From the NCBI RefSeq assembly GCF_009914755.1, contig NC_060927.1: DNA of 64,000 bases; one strand, given 5' to 3'. A program made the position numbers and the translations under genes. The notes under the pieces are model-generated. The model was not told the DNA's origin. It worked only from the letters and a program-made list of their open reading frames with translations, and made no database searches. Of this stretch, positions 56,835 through 64,000 are shown piece after piece; the stretch's first letter is position 1; each line of letters begins with the position of its first letter. Source of the stretch: the human T2T-CHM13v2.0 reference genome, Homo sapiens.

Positions 56835-57905
56835 TTTTTTAATTCTTATTTTTTTATTTCAACAAGTTTTTGGGGAACAGGTGCTGTTTGGTTACATGGA
56901 TAAGTTCTTTAATGGTAATTTCTGAGATTTTGGTGCACCCAACACCCTAGCAGTGTACACTGTACTCACTGTGTAGTCTTTTATCCCTCAACCTCCTCCT
57001 ACCCTTTCCTCCAAGTATCCAAAGTCCATTGAATCATTCTTATGCCTTTGTGTCCTCACAGCTTAGCTCCCACTAATGAATGAGAATATACGATGTTTGG
57101 TTTTCCATTCCTGTGTTAGTTCACTTAGAATAATGGTCTCCAATTCCATCCAGGTTGTTGCAAATGCCATTATTTTGTTTCTTTTTATGGCTGAGTAGTA
57201 TTCCATGGTATATATATCACATTTTCTTTATCCACTTGTTGATTGATGGGCATTTGGGCTGGTTCCATATTTTTGCAATTGCGAATTATGCTGTGAAATG
57301 TGTAAGTATCATTTCATGTAATGACTTCTTTTCCTCTGGGTACATACCCAGGAGTAGGATTGCCAGATCAAATGGTAGATCTACTTTCAGTTCTTTAAGG
57401 AATCTCCACACTGTTTTCTACAGTGGTTATACTACTTTACATTCCCACCAGCAGTATGAAAGTATTCTCTTTTTACCACATCCACACCAACAACTAATAT
57501 TTTTAAATTGTTTGATTATGGTCATCTTGCAGGAGTAAGGAGGTATTGCACTGTGGTTTTGATTTGCATTTTCCTGATCGTTAGTGATGTTGAGCACTTT
57601 TTCGTATGTTTGTTGGCCATCTGTATATCTTCATTTGAGAATTGTCTATTCATGTCCTTAGCCCAGTTTTTGATGAAATTGATAATTTTTCTCGTTTGAG
57701 TTCGTTGTAGATTCCAGATATTAGTCCTTTGTTGGATGCAAAATTTGCGAAGATTTTCTCCCACTCTATGGGTTGTCTGTTTACTCTGCTGATTATTTCT
57801 TTTACTGTGCAGAAAGTTTTTAGTTAATTTAAGTCCCATCTATTTATCTTTGTTTTTGTTGCATTTGCTTTGGGGTTCTTGGTCTTGGAGTCTTTGCCAA
57901 AACCA
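56835..57905 (-). mobile_element. L1PB1-like 3' end
   Basis: TTTTGGGGAACAGGTG..TTTGGTTACATGGATAAGTTCTTTA..GATTTTGGTGCACCC, the L1PB1-type 3' UTR; minus [20 protein letters not shown]. Confidence 0.85.
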
Positions 57906-58200
57906 ATAATCATAGATTCACTTACAGTTTTAATAAGTAATACAGACAGATTTACTCTATCCGTTACCCAGTTCCCCCAGTGATAACATTTTGCAAAACT
58001 GTAGCACATCAAAAACAGAAATTTGACATTGATATAAAAACCCATATTATTTATATTTTCACAGTTATACTCATACCTATGTGCATGCATGCATGTGTGT
58101 GTAGCTTTATGCAATTTTATCAAGTGTTTAGATTGAGTTATCCACCATTACAGTCAAGATACAGAACAGTTACATCACCACAAAGATTTCTCTTGGTGTT
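57906..58200 (-). mobile_element. L1MC/MD-type 3' UTR fragment
   Basis: TTACCCAGTTCCCCCAGTGATAACATTTTGCAAAACTGTAG...AAATTTGACATTGATA. Confidence 0.55.
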
Positions 58201-60529
58201 GGCTTAGTATGTACTTTTAGAAAGATAATTTCTAATATCAATAAAAGTCACTCTGGTAATATGTGGAATATATTTTATGAATAAGAATATAACAATATAT
58301 TGAGCAGTATTAACGGAGACCTGAATAAAGGAAAGGATTCACCCTGAACCTGGCAATGAAGCTCACAATTTTAAAGATTACAATTATCCTCACATCAATC
58401 TAAGAATTCAGTGCAGGTCCAGCATTGTTTGTTTTGCACATAGAATGTGACAAAACTGATTCTATAGTTAATATGGATAAATTTTAAAACTAAGAAAAAT
58501 AGTATAATTTGGAAGAAATATAACAACTGTTCAGGGTTTGCATTACTAGATACCAAAATTATTGAAAACCTATACTTAATTACCTACAGTATTAAGATAC
58601 AGTGAAAACCATGGAAAGACCAAAGGGGCAGAGGAGAGGTTACAGGGCTATATGTGGGCACAAACAGTCCAGTGATATTTAATTTTTCCTTGTAGGTTTG
58701 TAGATGGTTCTGCATCAATTGAGTATTCATATGGAAAAAATTAAATTGGACTGCTGTTATTCATGGTCTGAAATGGTTGCCAAATATATTAAAAACTAAA
58801 TGTGAAAAAGCAAAACTCTACAATATTTAAGGAAAAACTGAGTTCTGCATATGGCTATCCAATTATCCCAGCATCATTGATTGTATAGTGAGTCCTTTAC
58901 CCTCATATCTAAAATAAAAGAAGAATTTAAAAATATACTGGATATGGGGGAGCTAGTGCCAGTATAAACAAGTTTGGTCACAAATTGATAATTATTGGAA
59001 CTTGGTAATGGGTATATTGGGGTTCATTATAAAATTCTACTTATTTTTGTATATGTTTAAAATTTTCAGTAATAAAATGGTTTAAAAACTGCATTGACTT
59101 TATTATTAAACAATATATAAAAATGGAAACACTCAAGGAAAAGATTAGTAGATACAATTTTATAAATTTAAAGTACATGTTCTTCAAGACTATGCTGAAG
59201 TGAAACTAATGACACTATCAGGATATACTTACCATGCATAAATATGTATGGGGTATATTATTTGAATTGGTAATATTAACATATTAAGCTGAATTTTGAT
59301 TACACAGATGTTTACTATGTGTTTTTTCTACATTTCTGTATCAAAAATATTTCATAAATTTATTTATTAGGAAATATGTCGGCTGTTAGTTTATAGTGTT
59401 TTCATTCCAATTTTTCTTAATGTCTTATAAATAGCAATAGATTATATCAAGTTCAGTTTTGACATCTATTAAAAAGGTCATCAGGCTTTCTAATTGGACT
59501 TAAACATGTGGAATATTATATTAATAAATTTTATAATCTTATACTTGCTTTGAATTCCTGAAATAAGTTTTATTTAATTATAGTGGGAATTATTTTTAAT
59601 GTACCCCAACTGCAGCTTTTTATTTTAGTTAGGGTCTTTCTATAATAAGCAATATTTTTTTTTGCATCTGATGTTTTCTAACACCAGAGAAATTCTACAT
59701 TCATAAACTCTATTCAGGAGCTTTCATTGTTTTATGTGATATAAAAAATAATATAACATGAAATATAATGCATCATTATTCTTTTATTACTCTTTTCTTA
59801 TTAAATTAAATTTTGGACATTAATCTTTTTTCACAGGCATTCATTTCATCCTACACAATTTTTTAGTGATATGTATAATCAAGTTTATAAACTTTGTTGC
59901 TTGAGATAGGGTATTTTTTGGCATTAATAAGTTCTATAAGTATCTATAAATTCAACTATATAATAACACTCAACATTTCTATATATGAAGGTATTTGCTG
60001 TCTTTAATTTGTCAAGCTGATTTCATGTAATGTTAAAATTTCCAGCATTGTCTATTTAGTTTTTACTTTGTCTTGATTTCTATATTTTACTGTATTAGAG
60101 AGTGCTTAAGGAAAAAAATTTACATAATTGACTTTCATCTCAAAATAAATTGATCACATATTTGTTTTTAATGATTATTGCCCTGTATTCTGACCTTATC
60201 ATAACATTATTTATTCATGTTGATGCATTTACCTGATAAATCTTTGTCCATGTTATTCTATTTGACCTTTCCTTTTATGATGTATTCTCTTGTAAAGTGC
60301 ATGTAGATAAATTTTTTAACCAAGCTGACAGTCATTGATTTAACAGGTTATTAATTACATTAATTCCAGATATCATCTTGCCTTATGTGTTCAACAATCT
60401 TTCATATTGCTTCATACACTCAGATTTTTTGTCATCTTTGTTACCTGCTTAATATTAGAAGAAATTATTTCATCTCATGTGCTGACTAATTATTTGCTTG
60501 TGGTTCCATGGAATGTTATGTTGAGAAGG

Positions 60530-61510
60530 ATTCTGAAGCAATTAATGGGTGACTGTCCTGAGATACTACATGAAGCAAATGAAGCAAACTATTTGACTCA
60601 CTGGCTGAAGGGAGAAAAATTTAAAATGGGTGGGAAACAAAGAAAAGTATGAATATTAGTTAAGGCTATAGGACCAGTTGTAGTGTCTGGTAGATAAGGT
60701 AGCTTGGTTTGGTTATATTCTCTAATGTCTTTCAAGAGTTCCAACAGGTCACTCCTTTAAGTTTTGGGATTATACCTATGCTCTTGAGAAGAAAATGATG
60801 ACAGCTGTTCTCATAGAGGATTCAGGTATCATAAGAAAGTACAAATAGATTCGAGTGCTATAGGGGTAGTCTATAACACCATCAATCTATGCACCTCCCA
60901 AAGTTGATCAGCCTTACTTGCCCCTGGGACTTGGCCATATGCTGTATGTCTTGGCTGATGAACAGCTGTACGTTGAAATCTTGGTCACCATTGCTATTGC
61001 CTCTTTGCCTAACATCACTACAACATACCTGTCCTAGTCTTTCAATGGCAAGAATCAGGCTTCAGTATAACTTTCACTTTTATAATTAAATCAGGTTACA
61101 AATACTCCAGCACCCATGTCTGACTCAACCTAATTCACAGAGAGTAGATCTTTACAGAAGTTCTGAATAACATAATCCTGAATCTGAGGAACTCTGTCTG
61201 CTAGGAAGGGCTGCTTGAGAGTCTAGGTGTATGGTGAAGTTAAATGCCATAGGGTGAACACTTAGCATTGAGAGAAAGGAGACTGGAAGAGGCCAGAAAA
61301 TTATTTTCTCATTCTTTTGGACCAGATGAATGGTTCTTGAGTCTCCAGGGATTACTAATGTGACTAAGAAACCAAATAAGTTTCTCATGAGGCTGGGACA
61401 AGCTTAGTAATGTATCACCTTCTACTTTGTCTACCTCCTAGCTTATTGTACTTCCTTTTGTCTGTCATTCTTGCTTTAGTGGATTGGAAGCAACAAAAAG
61501 TAGTAAAGTA
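60530..61510 (+). mobile_element. Degraded ERVL-class internal end plus LTR (ERV3-16A3/LTR16-like)
   Basis: GAGTGCTATAGGGGTAGTC resembles the PPT-LTR junction of this group; highly diverged. Confidence 0.3.
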
Positions 61511-61734
61511 CACCAGTGTTTAAGGAAGCCGTGTTGAGAAGAAAGTTTTCACTGTATTCTAAATTATAGTAATAACCATATATTTGACTACTAAATATAA
61601 GAGTAGTGCTATAACTTGCTATGCCTTATTAATGATATATATTTAGTGTTATTTTCCTCTGCACTATCAATATTTTAGTGTTTGCTTCAAATATCAATAT
61701 TTTTATTAAATGGCATTACTTATTTTTTAAATTA

Positions 61735-64000
61735 TTTTGAATTTTATTTTAAGTTCTGAGATACAAGTGCAGAATGTGTAGGTTTGTTACATAGATATAC
61801 ATGTGCCATAGTGATTTGCTGGACCTATCAACTCGTTATCTAAGTTTGAAGCCCCACATGCATTATCTATTTGTCCTAATGCTCTCCCTCCCTTTGCCCC
61901 CTAACCTCAGCTGGCTCTGATGTGTGTTGTTCCCCTCCCTATGTCCATGTGTTCTCATTGTTCAACTCCCACTTATGACTGGGAAGATGTGGTGTTTCAT
62001 TTACTGTTGCTGTGTTACTTTGCTGAGGATGATGGTTTCCAGCTTAATCCGTGTCCCTGCAAAGGACATAATCTCATTAATTTTTATGTCTACATAGTAT
62101 TCAATGGTGTATATGTATCACATTTTCTTTATCCAGTCTATCATTGATAGGCATTTGGGTTGATTCCATGTTTTTGCTATTGTAAATAGTGCTACAATAA
62201 ACATATGTGTGCATGAGTCTTCATAGTAGAATGATTTATATTCCTTTGGGTATATATCCAGTAATGAGATTTCTGGGTCAAATTGAGGAATCACCACACT
62301 GTCTTCCACAATGGTTGAACTAATTTACATTCCCAGCAGCAGCATAAAAGCATTCTATTTCTCCACAGCCTCGCCAGCATCTATTTTTTCTTGATATTTT
62401 AATAACTGCCATTATGACGGGCATGAGATAGTATCTCATTGTGGTTTTGATTTGCATTTCTCTAATGATCGTGATGTGTAGCTTTTTTTCATATATTTCT
62501 TGGCCACATGTATGTCTTCTTTTAAGAAATGTCTGTTCACATCCTTTGTCCACTTTTTCATGGGGTTGTTTTTTTCTTGTAACTTTGTTTAAGTTCTTTG
62601 TAGATGCTGGATATTAGCCCTTTGTCAGATGAGTAGATTGCAAAAATTTTCTCCCATTCTGTAGGTTGCCTGCTCACTCTGATGATAGTTTGTTTTGCTG
62701 TGCAGAAGCTTTAGTTTAATTGGATCCCATTTGTCAATTTTGGCTTTTGTTGCAATTGCTTTTGGCATTTCTGTCATGAAGTCTTTGCTTATGCCTGTGT
62801 CCTGAATGGTATTGTCTAGGTTTTCTTCTAGGGTTTTTATGGTTTGGGATTTCACATTTAAGTGTTTAGTCCGTCTTGAGTTATCTTTTGTGTAAGGTAT
62901 AAGGAAGGGATCCAGTTTCAGTTTTCTGCATATGGCTAGCCAGTTTTCCCAGCATCATTTATAAAATAGGGAATCCTTTCCCCATCACTTGTTTTTGTCA
63001 GGTGTGTTGAAGATAAGATGGTTGTAGATGTGTGGTGTTATTTCTGAGGTCTCTGTTCTGTTCTATTGGTCTATATCTCTGTTTTGGTACCAGTACCATG
63101 CTGTTTTGTTTACTGTAGCCTTGTAGTGTGGTGTAAAGTCAGGTAGCGTGATGCCTCCAGCTTTGTTCTTTTTGCTTCAGATTGTCCTGGTTATACAAAC
63201 TCTTTTTTGGTTCCACATGAAATTTAAAGTAGTTTTTCTAATCCTGTGAAGAATATCAATGTTAGTTTGATGGGAATAGCATGGAATCTATAAATTACTT
63301 TGGGCAGTATGGCCCTTTTCACGATATTGATTCTTTCTATCCCCAAGGATGGAATATTTTTCCATTTGTTTGTGTCCTCTCTTATTTCCTTGAGCAGTGG
63401 TTTGTAGTTCTCCTTGAAGAGGTCCTCCACATTCCTTGTTTACTGTATTCCTAGGTATTTTCTTCTTTTTGTAGCAATTGTGAATGGGAGTTCATTCATG
63501 ATTTGGCTCTCTGCTTGTCTATTGTTGGTTTATAGGGATGCCTGTGATTTTTGCAAATTGATTTTGTATCCTAAGACTTTGCTGAAGTTGCTTACCAGCT
63601 TAAGGAGTTTTGGGGCTGAGATGATGAGGTTTTCTAAATATAGAATTATGTTATCTGCAAAAAGACACAGTTTTACTTCCTCTCTTTTTAATTGAGTAAC
63701 TGTTATTTCTTTCTCTTACCTGATTGCCCTGGCCAGAACTTCCAATACTATGTTGAATAGAAGTGGTGAGATAGGGCAGACTTGTCTTGTGCCAGTTTTC
63801 AAAGAGAAGGCTTCTGTCTTTACCCATTCAGTATAATATTGGCTGGGGGTTTGTCATAAATAGCTGTTATTATTTTGAGATATATTCCATCAATACCTAG
63901 TTTATTGGGAGTTTTTAACACGAAGGGATGTTGAATTTTATCAAAGGCCTTTTCTGCGTCTATTTAGGTAATCATGTGGTTATTGTCATTGGTTCTTTTG
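61735..64000 (-). mobile_element. L1PA8-like LINE-1, 3' UTR and ORF2, running off the window
   Basis: GAAGCCCCACATGCATTATCTATTTGTCCTAATGCTCTCCCTCCC (L1PA8-type); minus ORFs [25 protein letters not shown] and [13 protein letters not shown]. Confidence 0.9.

Overview
AT-rich, repeat-dense primate (most likely human) genomic DNA with the character of a gene desert or a large intron. I find no intact host protein-coding gene, tRNA, rRNA or CRISPR array. The one gene-derived feature is an apparently full-length, intronless processed pseudogene of HNRNPK (~39063-42017, +). It has a 15-bp target-site duplication, two nonsense codons, one frameshift and a poly(A) tail decayed to a compound (TA)n repeat. 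Most of the rest is layered transposable elements: L1 fragments of several ages, six Alus, MaLR LTRs, MER11, MER50 and MER21 solo LTRs, DNA-transposon relics (MER85, MER44, MER8, MER58A, MER82) and a fragmented ERVL. There is also a two-LTR ERV1-class provirus (22554-31111) with a tRNA-Pro primer site and an env remnant split by a full-length THE1C. Subfamily names come from my recollection of consensus sequences and need Dfam/RepeatMasker confirmation. I see no convincing new biological system. The notable signals are molecular fossils: nested insertions, probable template-switch hairpins in an AluY, a rearranged L1, and the splice-isoform record kept by the retrocopy.
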